Positions 53,752 to 63,949 of a DNA stretch of 64,000 bases are shown here, piece after piece. Source of the stretch: an uncultured Candidatus Micrarchaeota archaeon (GTDB taxonomy: Archaea; Micrarchaeota; Micrarchaeia; Burarchaeales; Fermentimicrarchaeaceae); assembly GCA_963760615.1 (NCBI GenBank), contig CAVXDX010000013.1, positions 19,826 to 83,825 on the forward strand. Direction: 5' to 3'. The notes beneath the pieces were generated by a model that did not search any database, was not told the DNA's origin, and saw only the letters and a program-made list of their open reading frames with translations. Positions within the stretch are counted from its first letter, which is position 1. Every line of letters starts with the position of its first letter. Position numbers and translations under genes: made by a program.

Positions 53752-55164
53752 ATGCATGAGGAGATTGCTGATTTTGCTGTGAACTACGCTGTCAAGAAGG
53801 GGGCGGACTATGCAGAGGCAAGGGCTGAGCACTCCGAGGGCACTGCATTCTCAATGAAGAATGGGATTCTCTATGCTGCAGGCTTTCAGAAGGAAGATGG
53901 GATAGGAGTGCGCTTGATTAAAGGCGGGGTTATGCAGTTCCTCTCAACAAATGAGCTCAGCAAAAGCGTGCTGAAAAAGATGATAGACAAGGCGCTCAAG
54001 GCAGCCAAGAGCTCTTCCAGAATCGCTTCAAAAATCCAGATGGTTGACGCTCCAGTTGAGAGAGTTTCCTATGAAGTGAAGCAGAGGGTCAGGAGCAGTG
54101 ATGTGGACTCCGGGGGCAAGATTAATGAGCTTTTTGACGTTGAGGCTGAGTTGAAGGAAACCAAGTTCAGCATCCCCGGGAGGTTTCTGTCGCTCTCAGA
54201 TGAGGTAGTCCATAAGTTCTTCGTGAATTCTGAAGGAAGTCGGATAAGCTCAGTCATTCCCTACGTTGGTTTCTATTCGCTCATCACAGTAAATGAGGGC
54301 GCGCAGACAGCCCAGAGAAGTATACAGCTCGATGAAACGGGAGGATGGGAGATAGTGAAGGGTTGGGACCTCCCTTCCAAGGTTGCAGGTGAGGCAAAGG
54401 TGCTGCTCAACAACCTCAGGTACGGCAAGCCGGCTCCCAAGGGAAAGGTTGATGTTGTTGCTGCGCCGGAAGTTGTAGGCATAGCGATGCACGAGAGCGT
54501 GGGCCATCCCTATGAGGCAGACAGAATACTTGGGCGTGAGGCTGCCCAGGCCGGGGAGTCGTTCATGACGCCAGATATGATTGGGGGAACGATAGCCAAG
54601 GAGTTTGTGAATGTTGTTGATGACCCCGCAGTTCCTGGCAGTGCAGGGTATTTCCTCTTTGATGATGAGGGGGTTAGGGCAAGGAAGAAGTATCTAATAA
54701 AAGATGGTGCCATTCATGAGCTTCTCCACAACAGGGAGACGGCATTCTCCTTGAACACTCAAAGCAACGGCTCTGCAAGGGCAATGGACTACGAATGCGA
54801 GCCAATAGTGAGAATGTCAAACACCTTCCTGCTCCCTGGGGAGCTTTCTGAGGAGGAGATAATCGAGGACGTCAAGCTTGGAGTTTACATGAAGAGCTTC
54901 ATGGAGTGGAATATAGATGACAAGAGGATGAATGAGAGGTATGTTGGTAGCGAAGCATACCTCATAGAGAAAGGAGAGATAACGCACCCAGTGAAAAGAC
55001 CTGTGCTTGAGACAACGACATTGAGCTTTTTCTCCTCAATAGAGGCCGTGGGTGACAAAGTCGGTTATCACGCAGGCACCTGTGGAAAGGGAGAGCCATC
55101 CCAAGGAGTGCCTGTGTGGATGGGAGGTCCAACTGTGAAGCTTGGTGGAGTGAGACTCGGGTGA
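53752..55164 (+). CDS. tldD: TldD metalloprotease
   Basis: GADYAEAR, HESVGHPYEADR, FDDEG, RMSNT, CGKG. Confidence 0.95.
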   Translation: MHEEIADFAVNYAVKKGADYAEARAEHSEGTAFSMKNGILYAAGFQKEDGIGVRLIKGGVMQFLSTNELSKSVLKKMIDKALKAAKSSSRIASKIQMVDAPVERVSYEVKQRVRSSDVDSGGKINELFDVEAELKETKFSIPGRFLSLSDEVVHKFFVNSEGSRISSVIPYVGFYSLITVNEGAQTAQRSIQLDETGGWEIVKGWDLPSKVAGEAKVLLNNLRYGKPAPKGKVDVVAAPEVVGIAMHESVGHPYEADRILGREAAQAGESFMTPDMIGGTIAKEFVNVVDDPAVPGSAGYFLFDDEGVRARKKYLIKDGAIHELLHNRETAFSLNTQSNGSARAMDYECEPIVRMSNTFLLPGELSEEEIIEDVKLGVYMKSFMEWNIDDKRMNERYVGSEAYLIEKGEITHPVKRPVLETTTLSFFSSIEAVGDKVGYHAGTCGKGEPSQGVPVWMGGPTVKLGGVRLG

Positions 55165-55168
55165 ACTA

Positions 55169-56500
55169 ATGAACTTTGATTTGCTTAACAAAATTGTCAA
55201 GAGGGCAGAGGAGCTTGGAGCTGACGATGTTGTCGCAAGCGGAGATGAAACCAGAAGTTGGGAGGTAAAGTTCGTGGATAATAGAATAGCAACGGCAATG
55301 AGCAACTATAGTGAGGAGATTTCCCTCTTAATCTCAAAGGACAAGAGGCTTGGTCTGACAACAGTAAAGGACTTCTCAAAAAAGAATATAGAGGACTCCA
55401 TCTCCAAGCTTATGAGGTTCACAAAGAAGATGCAGCCCAACCCTGAATATGGTGGAATAGCCCACGGACCGTTCAGATACGAACCTCTGGAAGGCGCCTA
55501 CGACGGGAGGGTTGCGAGGCTTGATGAGAGGGCGGCAGATTTTGTTGAGGGGGGCATAAATTCAGCCCTTGGAGAGGGCGCAACAAGAGCTTCAGGAGTG
55601 CTCAAGTATAACCTCAGTGAAGACTTTCTCGTTACCTCCAATGCCACTGAGGCAAGCGAGAGGAGCACCGGTATCTACTTCTCCATAAGGGCTCTTTTTG
55701 ACAAGGATGCATCCGGACATAAAGTGTGCTGCTCAACAAATATGAAAGATTTCAAACCTGAGGATGCTGGAGAGAGAGCCGGCCAGGTTGCGAAGAGGGC
55801 AGCCAACCCAGTTAAAGGCAACGTTGGGAAGTATGACATTGTTTTTGACCCCTACCCATTTGCCAACCTTCTCAACATAGCAATGGACTCTGCTTCCATA
55901 TTCTCAGTTGAAGCAGGCTTCTCATTCCTTGGCGGAAAGCTCAACAAGAGAGTTGCGAGCAAAGAAGTTACATTCATAGATGATGGAAGAATGCCCCACG
56001 GCCTCAGCTCATCAAAGTTTGACGCTGAAGGCGTGCCAACTAGAAGGAATGTGGTGATAGACAGGGGTGTGCTCAAGACATACTTGCATAACACGTCAAC
56101 TGCAAAGAAGTATGGGGTGAAAACTACTGCAAACGCAGGGTTGCTTGCCCCCAAGCCCTGGAATGCTGTGCTCGCGAAAGGTAATTATAGTGAGAATGAA
56201 TTGTTCAAGGAAGTGAGAAGAGGGCTGTACATAACCAATATATGGTATACGCGATTCCAGAACTATGAGAAGGGCGATTTCTCAACAATACCCCGGGATG
56301 GCATATTCCTCATTGAGAAAGGAGAGCTCACAAAGTCATTGAAGGAGATAAGGCTGAGCGACAACATGCTGAGGATGCTCCAGAATGTGGCGGGAGTCTC
56401 TAAAAAGCAGGAGCAGATACTGGGCTGGGAGGTTGAGATTCCTGTGATAACCCCGCATGCGCTTGTTAGACAGGTACAGGTGACCCGTCCCATCTCATGA
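55169..56500 (+). CDS. pmbA: TldE/PmbA partner subunit
   Basis: FDAEGVP, YLHN, GDFS; directly follows tldD. Confidence 0.93.
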   Translation: MNFDLLNKIVKRAEELGADDVVASGDETRSWEVKFVDNRIATAMSNYSEEISLLISKDKRLGLTTVKDFSKKNIEDSISKLMRFTKKMQPNPEYGGIAHGPFRYEPLEGAYDGRVARLDERAADFVEGGINSALGEGATRASGVLKYNLSEDFLVTSNATEASERSTGIYFSIRALFDKDASGHKVCCSTNMKDFKPEDAGERAGQVAKRAANPVKGNVGKYDIVFDPYPFANLLNIAMDSASIFSVEAGFSFLGGKLNKRVASKEVTFIDDGRMPHGLSSSKFDAEGVPTRRNVVIDRGVLKTYLHNTSTAKKYGVKTTANAGLLAPKPWNAVLAKGNYSENELFKEVRRGLYITNIWYTRFQNYEKGDFSTIPRDGIFLIEKGELTKSLKEIRLSDNMLRMLQNVAGVSKKQEQILGWEVEIPVITPHALVRQVQVTRPIS

Positions 56501-56645
56501 GCCTAACAAAAACATGCATATTTTAATGTAATTGCTCAAAAAAATTGTCGAGGTGACATTTTGAAATTATACGCTTTGGTGCAGAGAATCTACTTTCAAA
56601 ATTATGCAAAAGATATTTAAGCGTTATCATGTTAAATTGAGTTGT

Positions 56646-57179
56646 ATGATTGAGGTAACATTCTGGGGTAGGGGCGGCCAAGGTGCTGTGACTGCGGCGG
56701 AACTTCTTGCAGTTGCTGCTTCCGCAGGCGGCAAGTATGCTCAGGCTTTTCCATATTTCGGAGTTGAGAGGAGGGGCGCTCCGGTAAGGAGCTTCTGCAG
56801 GATAGATGACAAGCCTATAAGAGTGCACCAACAGGTGTACACCCCGGATTATATTGTGATACTCGATGCATCACTCATAGCAAGGCCGGATATACTTGGG
56901 GGGTTCAAAAAGGATGGGATTGTCGTTGTTAACACTGGCAAGCCGAAGAAGCAGATAAAGCTGAAGGCAAAGAACCTTTTCACCGTGGATGCAACCGCAA
57001 TTGCAATTAGAAATATTGGAAGGCCAATTGTGAACACCGCAATGCTGGGGGCGTTCATAAAGGCGACTAACCTTGTTCCGCTTGATGCTTTGAAGGAGGC
57101 TATAAAGGAGAGGTTCAACCCGCAGCTTGCGGAGAAGAACATAAAAGCAATTGAGGAGTGCCATAGCGGTTGCGCGTGA
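56646..57179 (+). CDS. porG: pyruvate:ferredoxin oxidoreductase gamma subunit
   Basis: GRGGQG, YFGVERRGAPV, NTAMLGA; start MIEV at 56646. Confidence 0.94.
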   Translation: MIEVTFWGRGGQGAVTAAELLAVAASAGGKYAQAFPYFGVERRGAPVRSFCRIDDKPIRVHQQVYTPDYIVILDASLIARPDILGGFKKDGIVVVNTGKPKKQIKLKAKNLFTVDATAIAIRNIGRPIVNTAMLGAFIKATNLVPLDALKEAIKERFNPQLAEKNIKAIEECHSGCA

Positions 57180-57188
57180 AGTGATGTT

Positions 57189-57461
57189 ATGAAACCACCG
57201 GTAGCAAATCCAAGGACAAGCCGAGAGAACAAGACAGGAGACTGGAGGTCGTCCAGACCTATCACAGATACCGCGAAGTGCATAAAGTGCGGCATATGCG
57301 TAAGCGTATGCCCTGAGGGCTGCATAAGCGGGGCGGATGTTAAAAAAAGCCTGCAGGAAAGGGAATTTCCGAAAACAGACTACGATTACTGCAAGGGATG
57401 CGGCATATGCGCAAATGAATGCCCTGTGAAGTGCATTGCAATGGTACCGGAGGAGAAGTAG
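57189..57461 (+). CDS. porD: pyruvate:ferredoxin oxidoreductase delta (2x4Fe-4S) subunit
   Basis: TGDWR, CIKCGICVSVCP, YCKGCGICANECP. Confidence 0.94.
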   Translation: MKPPVANPRTSRENKTGDWRSSRPITDTAKCIKCGICVSVCPEGCISGADVKKSLQEREFPKTDYDYCKGCGICANECPVKCIAMVPEEK

Positions 57462-58598
57462 ATGGTCAGGAAAACTGAAGAAGCTTCAATTGCAATTGCT
57501 GAGGCAGTTAAGAACTGCGAGCCAGATGTGGTGGCATGCTACCCCATAACTCCTTCAACGCACATAGCAGAAACGCTTGCAAAGTTCTATGCTGACGGGG
57601 AGCTGAAGAACTTCATAGCTACCGAATCAGAGTTCGGCTCCATATCATGCATATGCGGGGCTTCTGCCGCAGGAGGAAGGGCTTTCAGCACAACAAGCAG
57701 CCAGGGGCTTGCCCTGATGCACGAGGTTGTTTACGCAGCTGCGGGGATGAGGCTGCCTATTGTGATGGTCGTTGGGAACAGGGCGCTGAGTGCTCCTCTA
57801 AACATATGGTGCGACCACCAGGACTCCATAGCTGAAAGAGACTCTGGATGGATTCAACTCTACTGCGAGACCGCCCAGGAAGGGCTTGACACGGCAATTC
57901 AGGCATTCAAAATTGCGGAGAGCGTGATGCTCCCTGCCATGGTTTGTGTCGACGGGTTCTACCTCACCCACACAGTTGAGCCTGTGGACGTTCCCACAAT
58001 GGAGGAGGTGAGGAGATTCCTTCCAAAATTCCAGCCCCAAATGAAGCTTGATACTGAGAATCCAATAAGCATGGGCGAGTACGCCCTTCCTACCGATTAC
58101 CAGGGGTTCAGGGAGGATGTTCACAAGGATACTTTGGCTGCAAAGGGCAAAATTGTTGAAGTCCATAACGAGTTCCAGCAGATGTTCGGCAGGGGGTACG
58201 GCGGGCTTGTCGAGAGCTACAAGAGCGAGGATGCGGATTATATTTTCGTCGGCATGGGAAGCGTTGTGGGAAACGCAAAGGAAGCTGTTGACGAGTTGAG
58301 GGCGAAGGGGAAGAAAGTCGGCGTTGTGAGGATAAGGAGCTTCAGGCCCTTCCCAGAGGATGAGGTAAGGAAGCTGCTTGAGGGCAAGAAGCACATTGCT
58401 GTCTTCGAGAAGTCCTACAGCATGGGAAGCTTCGCTCCGGTATACGCTGATGTTATCAATTCACTCTACCCCCTCAAGAAAAAGCCAATGGTTTCAAGCT
58501 TCATAGGCGGGCTTGGGGGCAAGGATGTGACTGTGAGTAATATAGCCGATATATTCAAGATGATAAGGAAAAAAGAGCACAGGAGGATATGGGTCTGA
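57462..58598 (+). CDS. porA: pyruvate:ferredoxin oxidoreductase alpha subunit
   Basis: YPITPST, ESEFGS, TTSSQGL, NRALSAP. Confidence 0.95.
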   Translation: MVRKTEEASIAIAEAVKNCEPDVVACYPITPSTHIAETLAKFYADGELKNFIATESEFGSISCICGASAAGGRAFSTTSSQGLALMHEVVYAAAGMRLPIVMVVGNRALSAPLNIWCDHQDSIAERDSGWIQLYCETAQEGLDTAIQAFKIAESVMLPAMVCVDGFYLTHTVEPVDVPTMEEVRRFLPKFQPQMKLDTENPISMGEYALPTDYQGFREDVHKDTLAAKGKIVEVHNEFQQMFGRGYGGLVESYKSEDADYIFVGMGSVVGNAKEAVDELRAKGKKVGVVRIRSFRPFPEDEVRKLLEGKKHIAVFEKSYSMGSFAPVYADVINSLYPLKKKPMVSSFIGGLGGKDVTVSNIADIFKMIRKKEHRRIWV

Positions 58599-58607
58599 GG
58601 TGTGGTG

Positions 58608-59459
58608 ATGGAGGAGTATTTTGCATCTGGCCATACGGCCTGCGGGGGTTGTGGCATGCCCATTGTGTTCAGGCACGCCCTTGGCATAATGGGCAAGGAT
58701 GTCATAGTCGTGAACGCAACCAGCTGCTCTGAAATAGTTTCTTCAGCCTATCCGAGGAGCGCCTGGGGAGTTCCTTACATACACAGCCTCTTCGAGAATG
58801 CCGCTGCAGTAGCCGCAGGAGTGGTTGCCTCTCTGCGCTCTCAGGGAAACAACCACACGAAGGTTGTCGTATTCGCGGGAGACGGCTCAACCTACGATAT
58901 TGGGTTCGGGGTTCTCTCAGGGATGCTGGAGAGGAATGACGATGTCCTCTACATCTGCTATGACAATGAGGCTTACATGAACACTGGAAACCAGAGAAGC
59001 GGTTCAACTCCTTTCGGTGCCGCAACAATGACAAGCCAGGTTGGGAAGGTGAGGCACGGGAAGCTCCAGTGGAAGAAGCCTATAACGGAGATAATTGCAG
59101 CCCACAAGATACCCTACGTTGCAACTGCAAGCATCGGCTACATGGCTGATTTTGAGAACAAAGTGAGGAAAGCCAAGGATGTGAGTGGAGCGCGCTTCAT
59201 ACTCGTGATGGCTCCCTGCGTGACAGGGTGGAATTATGACTCTGCAAAGACTATTGAAGTTGCAAAGCTCGCAGTCGACACAGGTTTGTGGATGCTGTAC
59301 GAGGTTGAGGACGGAAAATTCAAGCTGAGCCTCAGGCCAGCGCAGTTCAAGCCTGTTGGCGATTATCTTAAGATGCAGAGCAGGTTCAGGCACCTCAATG
59401 AGGATGAGATAAAGTTCATACAAGAGCATGTCAACAAGAGCTGGAGTGAAGTGAAATAG
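58608..59459 (+). CDS. porB: pyruvate:ferredoxin oxidoreductase beta subunit
   Basis: GHTACGGC, FENAAA, GDGS TPP motif, DNEAYMNTG; start could be GTG at 58602. Confidence 0.95.
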   Translation: MEEYFASGHTACGGCGMPIVFRHALGIMGKDVIVVNATSCSEIVSSAYPRSAWGVPYIHSLFENAAAVAAGVVASLRSQGNNHTKVVVFAGDGSTYDIGFGVLSGMLERNDDVLYICYDNEAYMNTGNQRSGSTPFGAATMTSQVGKVRHGKLQWKKPITEIIAAHKIPYVATASIGYMADFENKVRKAKDVSGARFILVMAPCVTGWNYDSAKTIEVAKLAVDTGLWMLYEVEDGKFKLSLRPAQFKPVGDYLKMQSRFRHLNEDEIKFIQEHVNKSWSEVK

Positions 59460-59464
59460 AACTG

Positions 59465-60817
59465 CTATTTTCTAGTTTTATAAAAAGCTGCAGCCAGGAG
59501 CAGCATGAGAACGAATACTGGTAAACAATAGCCAATCTTCTGCTGCGTCTGGCTCTCATTCAGAGGTTTGACGCTTCCATTAGCAATTTGCACAACCTGC
59601 TGTCCTGCCCTGTTAATGGTCAGCGAGAGGTTTTTCCCTTCCAGATAATCTGAAGTAAAGTAGAGCTCGCAGGTACTCACATCCTCACTCACATCCCCGC
59701 TTGCCCTCACAACCCACGTTGCCCTCACTGTTTTGCCCGGCTCGACTATGAGCGTTCTGTTAAAATCACCATCAACTACAAGCTTTTCGCAGGCAGGTAT
59801 AAGATTTGCACTTGCCACTCTGTAATCAGTGCCATTAAAAGTCAACTCAACTTTTGTTGGGCTGCCTGCCGTAATGTTTGTTGACTCCGGTTCTAGAGTG
59901 TAATCATTGTTTTCTTCTAAGAATGAGATGGTATAAAAAGTAGGTTTAGCTTTGTAGGTGGGGTCAGAGGTCGAAGTTTTGAAGTGTGCCTCGGCAGCAC
60001 CCCAATCACTCCACGTGAGATATGAATGATCTGGTGTTTCATTATCGATTATTCTGGCTGTTTCCACATGCCCTCCATCAAGGTAACCAATTTCGCCCCA
60101 CAGGGGGTCCACGGGAACCCACTTTCCTACATAGACTTCATTCCAGGCGTGGCCAATCATTGCATTCTCTGAACTATCATAGGCGTAACCAATAAGTATC
60201 CTGGCGGGTATGCCTATGGAGCGGACCATTGCGGCATACAGTGTCGCATATTCCAGGCATACTCCCTTCTTATTTTTCAATATCCAAAGAGCATCCTTCC
60301 AGGTGCCGACATAGGAGAGGTCGTACTGCACCAGATTCTGAACATACATTGAAAGCTTAGCAACTCTCTCAAAATTGTCTGTGGAGTTGGCAGTGATGTT
60401 CAATGCAAGATTCTGGATGTCGGGAGAGTTGCTCTGAACCCTGTCCGTCACCATGGTATATTTCAACACATCATCTGGCACTGTGTAATAAGAAGGAAGC
60501 TCTTTTGTTGTCCTGCCCGTTGTCATTACGTTTGTGGTAATAGAGAGGGTGTATGGGTTGGATGGATTCATAACTTGTATTGCTGCAAATAAATTCCCAT
60601 TCTGGTCAAATTTATGCCTGCCTGTATAATTTATAATCTGGTATTCCGTATTCTGGGGGACTGACATATTAACGGCTAGCGAGAGTATATTACCACGGTT
60701 TATTTCTACCGTGGCCTTCACTGTGAAAGAAACATTCATGCTCTTTATTCTGCTTGTGTCTATTGCCTCAGAGAAGGAGACTGTTGCAAAGAGCAGCAGT
60801 ATCAGTAATTTTTTCAT
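59465..60817 (-). CDS. secreted transglutaminase-like protein, paralog of 51519-53678
   Basis: GVCLEYA, GHAWNEV, VPVDPLW; C-terminal YCLP-TM-basic tail. Confidence 0.88.
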   Translation of the reverse strand: MKKLLILLLFATVSFSEAIDTSRIKSMNVSFTVKATVEINRGNILSLAVNMSVPQNTEYQIINYTGRHKFDQNGNLFAAIQVMNPSNPYTLSITTNVMTTGRTTKELPSYYTVPDDVLKYTMVTDRVQSNSPDIQNLALNITANSTDNFERVAKLSMYVQNLVQYDLSYVGTWKDALWILKNKKGVCLEYATLYAAMVRSIGIPARILIGYAYDSSENAMIGHAWNEVYVGKWVPVDPLWGEIGYLDGGHVETARIIDNETPDHSYLTWSDWGAAEAHFKTSTSDPTYKAKPTFYTISFLEENNDYTLEPESTNITAGSPTKVELTFNGTDYRVASANLIPACEKLVVDGDFNRTLIVEPGKTVRATWVVRASGDVSEDVSTCELYFTSDYLEGKNLSLTINRAGQQVVQIANGSVKPLNESQTQQKIGYCLPVFVLMLLLAAAFYKTRK

Positions 60818-60902
60818 ATTTCAACAATATTCTTACCTATATTTAAAATTGTTCCCACCTATGTTTTAATATATCCCCAAAGATAGTGTATACAGTGTTG
60901 AT

Positions 60903-61562
60903 ATGGCAAAAAAAGAGGCAAAAAAAACAAAATGGAGAGGTAATGCTGATGATGAGTGGGGAGAGAAATTTGGAAGAAAAATGGAAAGGCTAGGGAAGAA
61001 ATTCGGGACGAGAATGGAAAAACAAGGCAGGAATTTCGGGGAAGAAGTTGGAGAGCTTGGCGAAAGATTCGGCGGGCATATGAAGCATAAGGGAAAAATG
61101 TGGGAGAGGGAGTGGGATGACAGGAGTTTTGGAACCTTTGGGCTGCTCTGGCCGATCATCGGCAGCATTTTCACGCTTATATTTTTTGCAGTGGGCGTAT
61201 GGATTCTTAATTTTATCAACCTGTCAGTGAAAAGCTATCTCATTTTCCAGGTGTCAAGTTTTCTCTTCTCAAACCTTTATATATTCTTCGCATTTTCTCT
61301 TTTCTTTGGATATGCAAGATATTTCCGCAGGAGATTCCGCAGTGCCTATTGGCTGCTTTCGCCTGTTGTCAGTTCTCTGATGATAATCTTCCTAGTCTGG
61401 ATTTCCATATTCATACTTGATTTAATGAACTTCTATGTTGAGAGCATCTTTATACAATCCATAGCGGGCTTCCTTCGCGCAAACTTTGCAGGGATATTCT
61501 TTTTCTTCGCTGTGGTCGGCTACGCCTTTGAGATTATGAAAAGGGCTCTATGCTTGTACTAG
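60903..61562 (+). CDS. membrane protein with N-terminal amphipathic repeats and four TMs
   Basis: FGRKMERLGKK/FGTRMEKQGRN/FGEEVGELGER 11-mer periodicity, then TMs. Confidence 0.75.
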   Translation: MAKKEAKKTKWRGNADDEWGEKFGRKMERLGKKFGTRMEKQGRNFGEEVGELGERFGGHMKHKGKMWEREWDDRSFGTFGLLWPIIGSIFTLIFFAVGVWILNFINLSVKSYLIFQVSSFLFSNLYIFFAFSLFFGYARYFRRRFRSAYWLLSPVVSSLMIIFLVWISIFILDLMNFYVESIFIQSIAGFLRANFAGIFFFFAVVGYAFEIMKRALCLY

Positions 61563-61772
61563 ATGTTCAATATGGCAAAAATAAAAAAATTATACCGCTC
61601 AGGGAAGGACAAAATTCTTGGAGGCGTGTGCGGAGGGATAGCTGAATACCTAGAGGTGGACCCAACGCTTGTCAGGCTTGTCTGGATTCTGCTTGCATTG
61701 AACGGCGCAGGTCTACTGGCTTATCTCATAGCGTGGGTAGTAATACCGAGAAATCCAAAGCACAAGTGGTGA
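61563..61772 (+). CDS. pspC: PspC domain protein
   Basis: [20 protein letters not shown]...DPTLVRL...YLIAWVVIP. Confidence 0.93.
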   Translation: MFNMAKIKKLYRSGKDKILGGVCGGIAEYLEVDPTLVRLVWILLALNGAGLLAYLIAWVVIPRNPKHKW

Positions 61773-61778
61773 AGGCGC

Positions 61779-62267
61779 TTATTTTACTATAGATCTTCTT
61801 TGTGCGTAAACAGCTCCGAGTAGGACAGCTGACAGTATCATAAAAAACGGACAATAAGGCCCTAGCATGCTTTCAATTCCTGTGAGATCCAACCCGCCGC
61901 CGCAGTCCTGCACGGCTTTCTCCACGCATTGGTCGGATTCTTTGAAGCACGATTCTACTAGGAAGTTCTTGCAGTCCACGCTATCATTCCCTGTTTCATA
62001 CGTGCTTTTGCATGACTGAAGCTGTGAGGCGCAGGTGTCAACTTGCGGGCATTTTCCTGCCTTGTAGTTGCTTGCGAGAATGGGATGGCTTACGGCTACG
62101 CAGTCCTTCCCATCTTGCTGGTATAGGTCGTAGCACGTCTCGTTCATCTTGCCGCTTGCGTCGAATCGGCAGTGGTTACATGCGTTTATGTATGCATCAT
62201 AGGAGCATGTAGATGCATATGCAACTCCGCAGATAAGTAGTGCAATTAACAATATTTTTAGTTTCAT
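61779..62267 (-). CDS. small secreted Cys-rich protein with C-terminal CP-TM anchor
   Basis: Signal peptide, about 10 Cys, ends GPYCPFFMILSAVLLGAVYAQRR. Confidence 0.8.
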   Translation of the reverse strand: MKLKILLIALLICGVAYASTCSYDAYINACNHCRFDASGKMNETCYDLYQQDGKDCVAVSHPILASNYKAGKCPQVDTCASQLQSCKSTYETGNDSVDCKNFLVESCFKESDQCVEKAVQDCGGGLDLTGIESMLGPYCPFFMILSAVLLGAVYAQRRSIVK

Positions 62268-62361
62268 GGTTGGAATACATCACGGGATAATAAAAAGGTA
62301 TCTGTCGACTGCGATAGTAAAGTTTAAAAAAACGCTCTTCTATAAAAATTGGGGTGAAACT

Positions 62362-63285
62362 GTGCAACATCTTCTTACCATGAAAGAATTGGATGGAAAA
62401 CAAATTGAAACCTTGATTGACAAGGCGATTGAGATAAAGAAGAACCAGCAGAAGTGGTGGAATGCACTTGACCACAAGACTCTCGCAATGGTCTTCCAGA
62501 AAACATCAACCAGGACAAGGGTTTCTTTTGAAGTTGGCATGACTCAACTTGGGGGGCATGCAATATACATGGACTGGAGGACAACGCAGTTCGCAATGTC
62601 AGACATAAAGGATGAGAGCAAATGCCTCTCAAGATTCGTGGACATAATAATGGCAAGGCTGCTGAAGCACGCGGATTTGGAGAGGATGGCCGAAGCGTCA
62701 GAAGTCCCTGTGATAAACGGCCTCTGCGAGAAATACCACCCCTGCCAGTCTCTTGGAGACTTGATGACAATAAAGGAACACAGGAGGAAGCTGAAGGGCT
62801 TGAAAGTTGTCTACCTGGGAATCGGCAACAATGTAAGCAATACCCTCAGCCTTGGATGCGTGAGAGCTGGTATTAACTTCACTCTATGCGTTCCTGAGAG
62901 GCATCCAATAAGTGTTGACCAGAACCTTCTTGACGAGGTGAAAGCAACAGGCTTGTACCAAGAGGAAAAAGACCCCCAGAAAGCAGTTCAGGGTGCAGAT
63001 GTAGTTTATACTGATACCTGGGTTGACATGGAACTCTTCCTCGACCCAAAGTTTGAGAAGGAGAAAGAGAGGAGGCTGAAGACGTTCATGCCCTACCAGC
63101 TGAATAGGAAGCTTGTTGAAGGGACAAACGCCCTGATAATGCACGACATGCCAATACACAGGGGGTATGAGATAGATGACTGGGCGATATATACTCCCAA
63201 CTCGATAATATTCGACCAGGCTGAGAACAGGCTGCACATACAGAAAGCAATAATGCTGTGGCTGCTTGGCAAGATAAAGCTATAG
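62362..63285 (+). CDS. argF: ornithine carbamoyltransferase family
   Basis: FQKTSTRTRVSFE, NGL...HPCQ, YTDTW, HDMP, QAENRLH; GTG start after GGGGTGA SD. Confidence 0.9.
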   Translation: MQHLLTMKELDGKQIETLIDKAIEIKKNQQKWWNALDHKTLAMVFQKTSTRTRVSFEVGMTQLGGHAIYMDWRTTQFAMSDIKDESKCLSRFVDIIMARLLKHADLERMAEASEVPVINGLCEKYHPCQSLGDLMTIKEHRRKLKGLKVVYLGIGNNVSNTLSLGCVRAGINFTLCVPERHPISVDQNLLDEVKATGLYQEEKDPQKAVQGADVVYTDTWVDMELFLDPKFEKEKERRLKTFMPYQLNRKLVEGTNALIMHDMPIHRGYEIDDWAIYTPNSIIFDQAENRLHIQKAIMLWLLGKIKL

Positions 63286-63915
63286 AATGCCGAAAATTTC
63301 ATTAACTGAATTCAGGATGTAATCAGGTTTAGCCGGGCTCAGCCTTTCAATAGAATGCGCCCCCCATGTCACTGCAGCAGTACCTGTTCCTGCATTCCTC
63401 CCAGCCTCGATATCCTCGTTCATGTCTCCAACATACAGCGCTTCCGAGCTGCCAACACCGATTATTTCAAGTGCTTTTTTCACTCCTTTCGGGTTGGGCT
63501 TGAAGTCGCTGATCTCATCATCGGTTATCACAGCAGCGAAATACTCTGAAATTCCATTCTTCTTCATCTCTTTCTTTATCCTGTCGCCTGTTCCATTGGA
63601 GACGAGCCCGATTTTTATTTTTCTCTCATTGAGCCTGCGAAGCATCTCCTTCACTCCCGGGAATAGATGAATTTCTCTTTCCATCTCATGAAATCTCTTC
63701 AGCCAGTGGGTGTCGATCTCCTCCCACTTGTTTTCAGGTATGCCGTGCATAGAATAATATTTGTGATAATCCACTATGAAAGTTTCTCTGAAGTAGTCGC
63801 ATGTCAAATCCAAATTTGCATACTTCTTGAAAAGCTCCTCATATATTTTGAAGGATGCATCTATTGAATCGTACAGGGTTCCATCCCAGTCAAAAAGCAC
63901 TGCCTTGAAATGCAT
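63280..63915 (-). CDS. HAD-superfamily hydrolase (subfamily IA)
   Basis: LFDWDGTL, VSN, KPNP, YVGD...DIEAG. Confidence 0.94.
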   Translation of the reverse strand: MHFKAVLFDWDGTLYDSIDASFKIYEELFKKYANLDLTCDYFRETFIVDYHKYYSMHGIPENKWEEIDTHWLKRFHEMEREIHLFPGVKEMLRRLNERKIKIGLVSNGTGDRIKKEMKKNGISEYFAAVITDDEISDFKPNPKGVKKALEIIGVGSSEALYVGDMNEDIEAGRNAGTGTAAVTWGAHSIERLSPAKPDYILNSVNEIFGIL

Positions 63916-63949
63916 AAAGCATTTAAGCAGTTGCTATTATAAATTATTA

